A stretch of DNA of 64,000 nucleotides from the human T2T-CHM13v2.0 reference genome, Homo sapiens. The translations under genes and the position numbers were made by a program. The notes below the pieces were generated by a model. It was not told the origin of the DNA and did no database searches. It saw only the letters and a list, made by a program, of their open reading frames with translations. This document shows, piece after piece, positions 1 to 14,941 of the stretch. The number at the start of each line of letters is the position of its first letter. The first letter of the stretch is position 1. The stretch lies in the NCBI RefSeq assembly GCF_009914755.1, contig NC_060947.1. One strand, written 5' to 3'.

Positions 1-2712
<2,712 letters not shown>

Positions 2713-3545
2713 TATATAGGTGGCAGAAATAGTAATAAATAGCATCTGAGCAATGCAAAAAAATTCATTTGTCCCCTTATGTACAGTGTGTATTTTATTA
2801 TGGTTTGTAGGGTTGACCTTACTCTATTTTGCTGCCTCTATTAGGAGCATATAGCTGCTGGCCCATATTCCCACTTGGGTACTGTAGTCCCAACAGGGAT
2901 TTTGTTGGGAAACAACTGTAGTCCCTTCAGTGTGGGTAGCATTTGCCAGGTGTAAGTCATCCCCACAATAAATTGCTGCTTTCACAGTTTCTGTTTTCTC
3001 TCATTTGAGGGCTTCTCCCCTCCAAAATTTATCTTCATCCAAGATAATCTAAATGTTAAAAGAAAATTGGAAGCCCTCCTTTAGCTTCTTGGGGTCTTCC
3101 AAGAACTTTCCTTGGTTTTCCTAATTTGCCAAAGGTCCTGCATGAAAAATGGGAACTGGACCTGGACCTGGATGGGTCTGAATGGGTCTCTTACCTCCTG
3201 TAATGGGCAGGGTCTGGAGGGAGAAATAAGGAGCCCAGTGTAGGGTAGGGTCAATTCCAAAGGTCTGGGAGTGGCATAAATAGGGGAAGGAGCCTAATTT
3301 GGCCTCTGGAAGAGGAGGCAGTTTTTCCCTTTGGCTTCTGGAAGAGATATATCAGAAGGTATTCAGCAGGTAAGTGTCCAAGGCCTCCTAATGGAGAGTC
3401 CTGGAGCAGGTGGCTAAGCATAGCTAGGATGATGAAGTCTGCCTTACAAGCTTTACAAGGATTAAGGTCTTCCCTCCAGGTTATGAAGGTTTATAAATAG
3501 GCCCTGACTATTTGCCCTGATGGTGGCAGAAAAGGTCCGGCTGGA
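2713..3545 (-). mobile_element. ERV1-class internal sequence, decayed gag (capsid part)
   Basis: Manual minus-strand translation gives DLFCHHQGK, MQDLWQIRENQGKFLEDPKK, YTWQ and WDYS...NPTNHNKI. These resemble gamma-like HERV gag motifs, with many stops. Confidence 0.75.
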
Positions 3546-6500
3546 ATCAGAAGTTAAACAAGATGGCTGAATAAAAAAGCTTCAATGATCATACCCCCCC
3601 CACCAGAAATACACCAAGGCAAAATCCACACAGAACAAAAAAAAACAAAAACAAAACAAAACAAAAAACAACCTTCATAAGTACCAAAAATCAGGTAAGC
3701 ACTTATAGTACCTGGTATTAAATTCATATCGTTAATAAAGAAATTGAAGAGATAAAAAAAAAAGTCCTGAACTGCCAATACCCTTCCCACACCCATAAGG
3801 GCAGTGGCCTGGTGTAGAGAGCATCTCTGGGTGCTGGGGGAGAGAAAAGACAGCAATTGTGAGGCAGTGAACTCAGTGCTACCCTGAAAGAGCAGATAGA
3901 AACACATGACCAAACTCAGTTGATGCTTGCCCATGAAGGGAGCATTCAAACCAGCCCTAGCCAAAAGGGAATCACAAATCCCAGTAGTCTAAACTTGAGT
4001 GCTTGCAAACCTCACCAGCAAGGACTACAGCACGCTGTGTCTCCAAGCAAACTTGAAAATTAGTCTAGGCCATAAAGACTGCAGCTCTTAGGTGAGTCCT
4101 AGTGTTGAACTAGGCCAAGAGACAGTGGATTAAGAGGGAATGCAACATATTGAAAAAACAGCTGGGGCAGCCAAGGGAGTGATGGCAGTACCACTCTCCT
4201 AATCCCAGGTTGCACAGCTCATGGATCCAGAAGAGACCCTTTCTTTCTGCTTAAGGAGAGGAAAGGAAAGAGGAGACTTTGTCTTGCATCTTGGATGCTG
4301 CCTCATCCACAGCAAGATAAGGCACTAGTCAGAGTCATGAGACCCCTGTTCCAGGCGCTAGCTCCAGGACAACATTTCTAGATACACCCTGAGCCAAAGG
4401 GAACCCACTGCCTTGAAGGAAAGAACCCAGTCCTACCAGCATTTATCAGCTTCCAATTGAAGATCCCTTGAGCCCTGAAAAACCAGAAGCAATACCTAGG
4501 TACTACATTAAGGGCCTTAGTGAGCTTATGAGACTCCTGGCTTCAGGTGAGACTTAGCAAGTTACCAGCTGTGGTGGAAATGGGGCAAAACTCATTCTTC
4601 ATTAGAAAAGCAGAGGGTACAGTAAAGGAGACTTTTTCTTGCACCTTAGGTACCAAAACTGCCACAGGATGATAGAGCACCAAGCATGCTCTTGGGGTCT
4701 TCAATTTCAGGACTTTATTCTTGGATGACATTTCTGGACCTGCCCTGGGACAGAGGTGAGCTCAGTGCCCTGAAGCATGAGTCGCAGGCCAAGCAGAATT
4801 CATGACAAGTGGATATAAGAGACGTTGGGCCTTAAGGGAAAATCAGTGGTAGTCTGGCAGTACTAATGGCCTGGGATGATGGTGGCTATGGGATGAAGCT
4901 CCTCCGCCTTTGGAAAGAGGAGAAAAAAGTGGGAAAGAGTGCCACTTGTGTTATGGTTTGGGTGCCAGATAGGATGGCAATACAATAGAAAAACAAGTCG
5001 ACTTCTACAATTTTTAGATTCTAGTCTCTAACTCCAGAACAGCACTTCTTGACCCACCTGGGGCCTGGGAAACCTTGCTGCCCTAAAGGGAAAGACACAG
5101 GCCTGGCTGGCTTTGTCACCTTCTGATTGTAGAGCTTCACAGCCTTGAGTGAACATAGGCAGTAGCCAGGAAATGGTTACAGCAGGCCTTGGGTGAGACA
5201 GTTCTGTGCTGGCTTCAGGTCATCCTAAGCAAGAATAAAACTTTAGGAATCACATTACCCAACTTCAAATTATACTACAGAGCCATAGTAACAAAAACAG
5301 CGTGGAACTGGCATAAAAAACAGAAAAATAGACCAATGCAGCAGAACAGAGAACCCGGAAACAAATCCACACACCTACAGTGAACTCATTTTTGACAAAG
5401 ATACTAAGAACATATACTGGGGACAAGATAGTCTCTTCAATAAATGATGCTGGGTACACTGGCTATCCATATGCATAATAATCAAACTAGACACAAAAAT
5501 AAAATCAAGTAAACTAAAGATATAAATTTAAGAACTGCAACTATTAAACTACTACAAGAAAACTTCAGAAAAAATCTCCAACACATTGATGTGGGCAAAG
5601 ATTTTTTTTTAGCAATTCCCAACAAGCACATGCAACAAAAGCAAAAATGGACAAATGAGATCACATCAAGTTAAATAGCTTATGCACAGAAAAGGATACA
5701 ATCAACAAAGTGGAGATATAACCCACAGAATGGGATAAAATATTTGAAAATTACCCATGTGGCAAAAGATTAGTAAACAGAATGTATAAGTAACTCAACC
5801 AATTCTAAATGAAAAAGTCTAATGATTTCATGAAAAATGGTCAAAAGATTTGAATAGACATTTCTCAAAAGAAGATATGCAAATAAAAACAGGCATATGA
5901 AAACAGTCTCAACATAACTGATCATCAGAGAAATGTAAATCAAAACTTCAATGAGATATCATCTCACCCCAGTTATAATGGCTTATATCAAAAAGACAGG
6001 CAATAAATGATGGTGGGGATGTGGAGAAAAGGGAACCTTTGTACACCGTTGGTGGGAATGTAAATTAATTCAACCACTATAAAGAACAGTTTAGAAGTTC
6101 CTGAAAATACTAAAAGTTGGTCTACAATATGATCCAGCTATCCCACTACTGGGCATATATCCCAAAATTGAGAAATCGGTATATTGAAAAGATATATCCA
6201 GTTCTATGTTTTTTGCAGCACTGTTTACAATAGCTGAGATTTGGAAGTAACATAAGTATCCATCACTAGATGAATGGATAAAAAAATGTGGTACATAAAC
6301 ACAATGTGTTAGTATTCAGCCATAAAAAAAGAATGAGATTTGGTCCTTTGCAACAACATGGTTGGAACTGGAGATCATTACGCTAAGTGAAATAAGCTAG
6401 GCACAGAAAGACAAACATCGGATGTTGTCACTTATTTGTGGGATCTAAACTCATGGATATAGAGAATAGAAGGATGTTCACCAGAGTCTTGGAAGGTTGG

Positions 6501-6821
6501 CTGCGTGAAGTGGGGGAAGTTTAATGGGTGTAAAAAAAAAAGTAGTTATAAAGAATAAATAAGACCTACTATGTGAAAGCACAACAGAGTGGCTATAGTC
6601 AATAATAACTTAATTACACATTTTAACATAACTTCCATAGTGTAATTGGATTGTTCATACCTCAAAGGGTAAATGCTGCAGGGGATGAATACCCCATTCC
6701 CCTTGATGTTCTTATTTCATATTGTATGCCTGCTTCAAAACATTCCGTGTATCCCATAAATATATACACCTACTATGTGCCCACGAAAATGTTAAAGAAC
6801 ATTAAAAATTAAAAAAAATAT
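3546..6821 (+). mobile_element. Old LINE-1 (L1MA1/2-like): 5'UTR joined to the ORF2 3' end
   Basis: 5' end aacaagatggctgaa. ORF2 peptide [19 protein letters not shown] starts near 5221. L1MA-type 3'UTR and A-rich tail. TSD gaaaaggtccggctgga (3529-3545) vs gaataggttctgctgga (6822-6838). Confidence 0.9.
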
Positions 6822-8202
6822 GAATAGGTTCTGCTGGAGGATGCTATTAAAATTTATACTTTCTTTCTCTGGCCTTCTGATTCTAAAATGGAAAAGTGTT
6901 TTTTATTTTAGGATTTGTGGGTCAAATTTATCCCCAGTCTTAAGGATTTATCCAAGTGTTGAGCCCCAGGGTATAGGGGTATGATTACCCATCTGTAAAA
7001 CAAAACAGAGCAGAGGAAGGAAGAAGAAAGAGTCCTTTCTTGTTCCCCTTATACCATAGACAGGATTGAATAGGGCATCTTCCATACATCCTGGGCTTTC
7101 AAATTAAACTGCTGCTTACCAGGTACCCCTAACCTTGGTACTTCATTGTCCTTCTAGGGCAAGCCTTCATCTGTGTCCTAATGGTAATCTGCTCTGCACT
7201 TATGGCTTCTAGCTGGGCTGTACCTTTAACCCCATAACCTTACAGTCACTCTCATTTGTAGCTTCCAGTAATGAAATGGTTTTCAATTCTTTCATATTCC
7301 CATTTCTCATGTCCCTGTAGGTACGTAAGGACCTTATCCTCAGCCAGTAGCTGTAAGAGAACTGGGCATTTCTTTCCTAGATACAGCACTTGAGGTCCTG
7401 GTGCGTGTTGTGAATGGCATGTGTCCTGGTGCACGTTACAAACGGCAGAGGAGTGGAGAAAAGCCTGCATTTGAGTCCCCATCATTGCCAATGTGGGTTC
7501 TTGGGGAAGCATGCAAAACAAGTATTTAAAAAGCAGGACAATTTCTCTGAGATTGGTGGGAATGGGAGAGAATGAAAAAGACATTTGTGAGATGTTTTTG
7601 TGCATTCACAAAAATCAGTAGCCCTCAGAACAAAAAGGACAATGCTTATTGGCATTCTTGACATAGAGGAGAAACCACCAGATGGCCAGGAGTTTGGGAC
7701 AGGAGTCCACAAAAGCTAGAGAAAGAATTGTCCCTCTTCCCAAAGTAGGGATAGCTGTAGAAGGGAGATGGGAGATAATATTAATGGGCCACAGACAGAT
7801 GCCCTATGGAGGTGAACAAATCACCTCAAGAGCCACTGGAAAACCTGGTCTTATAGTCTAGCAAGAATTAAAAATACATAATAGGTAATAAGGAGTTGGG
7901 GGAGTCATGTTCCTCCAAGTGTTAAGCAGAGAAAAAAGTCATGGGATACATAAAGCAAAAGTAGAGAAGCAGCTAACTTGTCCCCAAAAAGAAGCAGAAC
8001 GGGGTTCAGACTTATTGTGGAGAAGCCAGTTTTAGTTAAGAAAATGAAGGTCTCCAGTCCTTGTTGTGGAGGCTGGTTAGTGAGTGAGAAAATTAGAGAA
8101 AGAAGACCTCATGTAAGCAGAGCTAGGCGCCTTCAATTGAGGAAGGTGAGGCACAGAGGGGTCTCACCAAGAGGCAGCAATCTGAGTCATGGCAATAAAA
8201 TA
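6822..8202 (-). mobile_element. ERV1 internal sequence: leader and gag N-terminus
   Basis: Minus strand reads DKFDPQILNKKH and SINFNSILQQNLF (HERV matrix-like). This continues into the 2713-3545 piece across the L1. Confidence 0.75.
8180..8197 (-). promoter_or_regulatory. Degenerate tRNA-His primer binding site
   Basis: Minus strand tattgccatgactcagat matches PBS-His tggtgccgtgactcggat at 14/18 positions, 5 nt from the LTR end. Confidence 0.7.
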
Positions 8203-8914
8203 TGTTACTGGTGGCGAGTCTGGGTGGGGTACACAATCCTCAATTCTTGTCTTCTTGGAAGAAATAATTTGGCCAAGAGAAAAAAAAGTTGATTTAAGGC
8301 AGAAACAAGAGATTACTGAAGCAAAGAAAAGTACACTTGGAAGAAACCAAGCAAGCAACTTAAAGGATTGAGTGACTTGCTTGATTGTTAGCTCAGGGCT
8401 CTTTTAGATTTATAACACTATTTCCTGTCATCTCTCCCCCTGAGAAAGCTGTTGGCTAATCAAAACATGCACAGTGTCTTGCCGGTATCTGGGAGGGGTC
8501 TCGTGCACCATATGGTGGTTGAAATTATGCATCTGCTTTCTTGGGGAGATTTGCTCCTACTGAGCTAGTGCTCCCAGAGGAAGGTAATACATGGGTCAAA
8601 TTCTGCCATTTTGCCCCTTACTACGCATGCCTGGACATGCTCCCAGAGGAAGGAAAAACTTCGCCATTTTGTCCCTTACTTCTCTTACTGTGCATGCCTG
8701 GACATGTCCCCAGAGCAAGATCAAAGTTCACCATTTTAAGTTTTTATTGGTAAGTTGTTGCCCATGAGCTCAAGATGTCTCCTGTTTTGTTAGGAAATTT
8801 TCCCCTACATGCCATCAGCTGCATGACAATCACCTGATAGTCAACTGACAGTCGCCTGACATTCTTTGGGGCCCTATTCTGCCCTGCTCATATCTGCTTA
8901 TGCCGTTCCTAACA
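8203..8914 (-). mobile_element. 5' LTR of the ERV1 provirus (MER4 group, MER83/84-like; family uncertain)
   Basis: TGTTA...TAACA termini, internal repeated units (ctcccagaggaagg...ccattttg) and an adjacent PBS. Confidence 0.75.
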
Positions 8915-9220
8915 GTTCTATCAAATATCATCACATGCTACAGAGAAATATTTCATGAAAGGAAGAGTCAATTGATGCAGCAAACTGCATTGCTGTCTTA
9001 TTTTAAAAAATCGCCACAACCACGCCAACCTTCAATAACCGCAACTGTGATCAATCAGAAAGGTAATACATGGGTCAAATTCTCTCATTTTGCCCCTTAC
9101 TGCGCATTGATATGAAGTCAAAGTCCTCCAACAGCAAGTCCCTCCACCAGCAAAAATGTTACAATTACATGAAAGCTCATATGATCATTAGCGTTTTTCA
9201 GCAATAAAGTATTTTTAATT
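8915..9220 (+). mobile_element. Tigger1 DNA transposon, 3' part (piece 1)
   Basis: catgctacagagaaatatttcatgaaaggaagagtcaattgatgcagcaaac...ccctccaccagcaaaa matches the Tigger1 3' region. Confidence 0.9.
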
Positions 9221-10133
9221 TTTTGATACATTACATTTGTACATATTTAGGAAGTGCCTGTGAAATTGTGTTACATGCATAGAATAGATAATGATTAAAT
9301 CAGAGTATGTAGAGTACTCATCACCTCAATATTTATCATTTCTATGTATTGAATACACTTAACGTCCTCTTTTCTAGCTATTTTGAAATATATCATACTT
9401 TGATTGTTTTTAACTATAATCACCATACTCTGCTATTTAGATGTGTTCATTCTATCTGCATGATTGTACCTGTTAACTGATCTCTCTTCATTTTCCCTTC
9501 AGCCACCCATGCACTCTTCTCAGTCTCTGGTATCTATCATTCTATGCTTCTGTCTCCATGAGTTCAGCTCTTTTAGCTCCTACATGAGGAAGAACGTGAT
9601 ATTTGTCTTTCTGTGCGTGGTTTATTTTACTTAACATAATGACTTCAGTTTTATCCGTGTTGCTGCAAATGACATGTTTTAATTTTTATGGCTAAATAGT
9701 ATTATATTGTGTATACAAACCATATCTTTTTTATCCATTAATCCATTGATGAACACTTAGATTGATTCTATACCTTTGCTATTATAAATTGTACTGAAAT
9801 GCACAGAAGTGTGAGTATCCCTTAAATATCTTGATATGCTTTCCTTTGGATAAATACCCAGTAGTGGGATTGTTGGATTGCATGGTACTTCTAATTTTAG
9901 TGTTTAAGGAAATATCCATACTCTTTTCCATAGAGGCTGTACTAATTTACATTCCCATCAACAGTGTATAAGAGTTCCCTTTTCTCTGTATCCTCACCAA
10001 CATTTGTTTTTTTTCTTTTTAATAATAGTCATTTTAATCAAGGTAAGGTGACATCTCATTATGGTTTTAATCTGCATTTCCCTGATGATTAATGATGAGC
10101 ATTTTTTCATATATCTGTTGGCCTTTTTTTGTC
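9221..10133 (-). mobile_element. 5'-truncated L1MA (MA4-6-like) inserted in Tigger1
   Basis: Minus-strand peptide [16 protein letters not shown] and an L1MA 3'UTR. Approximate TSD tatttttaatt / tattttttaaatt. Confidence 0.85.
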
Positions 10134-10328
10134 TATTTTTTAAATTACAGTATATACATTGTTTCTTAGACATAATGCTATTGTACATTTCATAGACTAC
10201 AGCAATGTGTAAATGCAACTTTTATATGCATTGGAAAACTTTAAAAATAATGTGACTTGCTTTAGTATGATATTCACTTTATTATGGTGATCTGGAACTT
10301 AACCCACGATATCTCTGAGATATGCCTG
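10134..10328 (+). mobile_element. Tigger1 3' end with TIR (piece 2)
   Basis: Ends aacccacgatatctctgagatatgcctg followed by TA. Confidence 0.9.
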
Positions 10329-11249
10329 TACACAATTGCATTTTAACCATTATAATAGTTTATTTCCTAATCATTTATTATGCAGTGATAAAAAGGTTGA
10401 TAAATGCAATCAAAATAGTTTTTTAAGTCTTTTAATTGATTTTCCACATCTGTAGACACATTGTTTTATGCCAGTAATTTAATTCCATGCTCAAATTTGC
10501 ATATAAGTACATATTGCCCAGTTCAGTTCATTAACATTTTTGCTCTGATATGATGAGTAAGTTCAAGAACCACATACCCAAATTTCAAGAACATTTGGAT
10601 TCAGGAAAAATTATAATAAATTTATTCTTCAATATACTTTTTAAAATTCTTCCTTGCAAATACCAGGATCTACTACTAATTTTAAAACATCATAATAACC
10701 CTGCATTGTTTTACTCTCATTGTTTTGCTCAACTAAAATGTTATTGTCTCAGCAGAGATGCACCATGATCCTAAACATTTTTTAAAGCCCAGGACGTGTT
10801 TTAGTCTCTCTGTGATTTCCAACCCGGTAATCCAATCTGTATGAAATAATTTAACATTAAAATATAATTGACACTGAATGGTTCATTAATTTTTCTAGAG
10901 TATTAGTCTTTCTGATTTATCTGGATAATAAATTTTTTGAAGTGTGGCCCCAACATCCCACAATTCTATTACTGAAAAGGGCTTAGGTGATTGATATTTG
11001 TAGGCCAAAGATGTTTTTCTAAAAGATATCTTCACTAAAGTGGTGTTCATTTATTATTTTTAGCCTGAGAAAGTTTGGCCAGGCTTAAGGCTCACATAAG
11101 CACCCATGGTTCATTTATGAGAAATTATTATGGTAACTTAAAAACAACTTCAATATATTTCAAACAGTATAAGCAGGTCAAGGCATATTTTCTGTTTGCA
11201 TGAAATAATTCTGAAAACTCGTCAAAAGTTGATCAAAAGACTCCAGTTA

Positions 11250-11530
11250 GTCTGAGCAAGGTAGCTCAGTTCAGTGCTTTGAGAGGCCAAGGTGGGAAGA
11301 TCACTGGAGGCCAGGAGTTCAAGACAAGTCTGGGCACCATACCAAGACCCTGTTTCTGAATATAAAGTAGCTGGCTACAGTGTGTCTGCCTTTAATCTCA
11401 GCTACTTGAGAGGCTCAGGCAGAAGGATCACTTGAGCCCAGGAGTTTGAGGGTGCAGTGAGCTATGATTGCACCACAGCAATCCAGCCTGGGCTATAGAG
11501 CAAGACCCCATCTCTAAAAATGAAACAGAA
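11250..11530 (+). mobile_element. AluJ-type SINE
   Basis: Dimeric Alu with gaggccaggagttcaagac and gatcacttgagcccaggag. TSD aaaagactccagtta (11235-11249) vs aaaaggctccaatta (11531-11545). Confidence 0.92.
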
Positions 11531-11567
11531 AAAAGGCTCCAATTACTTAAATGTAATCATACCTTGG

Positions 11568-12720
<1,153 letters not shown>

Positions 12721-12889
12721 TTAGTTTAAAAGTAAAACAAACAAATGAACAAGTCAAATCCAATCATTTAAATATTAAGCAAATATATCAACCTGACCCA
12801 ACTCAAAGCTGTCCAATAACTTAAAGTTACACATAAAATACATTCCAGAATTCTTATTATATTTGGGTTTGCTTTTCATGTTCATCACA

Positions 12890-13075
12890 TACTCCTTGGG
12901 TGACCCCAGAAAAAGAATTGAATCTGTTTAAGCATTGATTTCATCTGTAAAATAGAGGTGATAAGTGTATCTACCTCTTAGACATGTTGGGAAAATTAAA
13001 AGTGTTGATATATGTAAAGGACTTATCAGTACTTGGCTCTCAGTAAATGGTCCAAAGATCTTTCTTTGTGAATAT
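12890..13075 (+). mobile_element. MIR
   Basis: Core tttcatctgtaaaatagaggtgataa...tatgtaaaggactta. Confidence 0.75.
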
Positions 13076-13159
13076 CCATGGCACAGTGGTTTAGGGGCAG
13101 GGAGGGAGTAAAGACTGTGCACAGAAAAATTTGTAAAATTTATCACATAGTGTTACCCA

Positions 13160-13700
13160 TGCATTAGGCACTTACTGCTGCATGACTAACAACTTTAAAA
13201 TCTCAGTGGAATATAATAATAATAATTTATTTCTCACATATCCACAATTGGCTGGAAGTCAGCTGATCTAGGATTGGCTTGGCAGGGTAGTTCTTCTTCA
13301 AGTTGTGTACCTAGTTGGCCTTGGGACCTTAACTATGTGTTGGATGCTTTTCCATTCCATTTATTTCACCCTGAGGGCCAGGCTGATGAAATAACTATTA
13401 CCCAGATTTCTGACAGAAACTCTTATGGTAAGTACAAGGGTGAAAAACAAAAAAACAGAAGCATGTGAGGCTTCTTAAAGTCTAGAGGAAACTCAAGTTT
13501 ATCACACTGTCATGAATCTTCTCACATTCCACTATCATCTATAGCAAGTCACAGTCCATAGACCAAAGTAAAGGGACTAGGCAGCACATGCTACCTTTTT
13601 TTTTTCTTTTGGAGATACTGCAAAGTTGCATGGCAAATTGTGTAGACACAAGGAGCAGTAAAATGTAAGGCCCAATAATACCATAACACCATCTACCATA
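13160..13700 (-). mobile_element. Old MaLR LTR (MLT1 family)
   Basis: gctgcatgactaacaactttaaaatctcagtgg...atttatttctcac...gcaagtcacagtcc...ctgcaaagttgcatggcaaa. Confidence 0.7.
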
Positions 13701-13807
13701 GCATAGGTAATAAGGTATAAATAAGTAGAGTGGAGGGAGTAATATAAAAAGCTTTGGGAAAAAATATATTCAAAATTTATGTAATTTCTCTTAAAATGTG
13801 TTATTCG

Positions 13808-14941
13808 TAGCAAAGGAAATGTCAACAGAGTGAAGAAACAACCCACAGAATGGGAGAAAATATTTTCAATCTACATGTCTCCCAGGGGACTAATAATCAG
13901 AATATATAAGGAGCTCAAAAAACTCTATAAGAAAAGATCTAATAATCTGACTTAAAATTTGGCAAAATACTTGAATAGACATTTCTCAAAAGAATACTTA
14001 CCAATGGCAAACAGCTATATGAAAAGATGCTCAACATCATTGATCATCAGATAAATGCTGATTAAAACTACAGTGAGATATCATTTTGCACCAGTTAAAA
14101 TGTTTTTTTATCCAAAAGGCAGGCAATGTTGAATGCTGTTGAGAATGTGTGGAAAAGGGAAATCTTGTACACCATTGGTCAAAAGGTAAATTATTACAAC
14201 CACTATGGAGAACAGTTTGGAGGTTCCTTCAATATCTAAAAAGAGAGCTACCATATGATCAAGAAATCCTACTTCTTAGTATATACCCAAAAGAAAGGAA
14301 ATTAATATATCAAAGGTATATCTGCACTTTTATGTTTGTTGCAGCGTGATTCCCATAGCCAATATTTGAAGTAACCTAAGCGTTCAGCAACAGATGAATG
14401 GATAAAGAAAATGTGGTAAATATACACAATGGAGTATTATTCAGCCATAAAAATAAATAACATCTTGTCATTTGCAACAACATGGATGAAACTAGAAGTC
14501 ATTATGTTAAGTGAAATAAACCAGCACCAAAAGACAAAATTTGAATGTTCACACTCTCTTGTGGGAGCTAACAATTAAAACAATTGAACTCCTGGAGATA
14601 GAGAGTAGAAGGATAGTTACCAGAAGCTGGGAAGGGAAGTGCAGGGAGGAGAGGAAAGTGGAAATGGTTAATGGGTATAAAAAATAATTTGAAGGAATGA
14701 ATAATACCTATTATTTGATAGCACAACAGGGTAACTACAGTAAAAATAATGTAATTGTACATTTTAAAATAAATAGTGTAATTGGACTGTTTGTAACACA
14801 AGGGCTAAAGGCTTGAGGGGATGGCTATCCTACTTACCATGATGGAATTATGCATTGCATGTATCAAAGTATCAAAGTACCTCCTGTACCCCATAAATAT
14901 ATACAACTAGTATGTTACCACAAATATTAAAATTTAAGAAA
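13808..14941 (+). mobile_element. 5'-truncated L1MA2/3-like
   Basis: Peptide LLQPLWRTVWRFLQYLKRELPYD and an L1MA 3'UTR ending gtaccccataaatatatac... Confidence 0.9.

Noticed and set aside
5210-5230. Spliced L1 (SpIRE) origin of the UTR-ORF2 junction
   Set aside because: The putative donor GT (cag|gtc) is retained, so the join is not at a canonical splice site.
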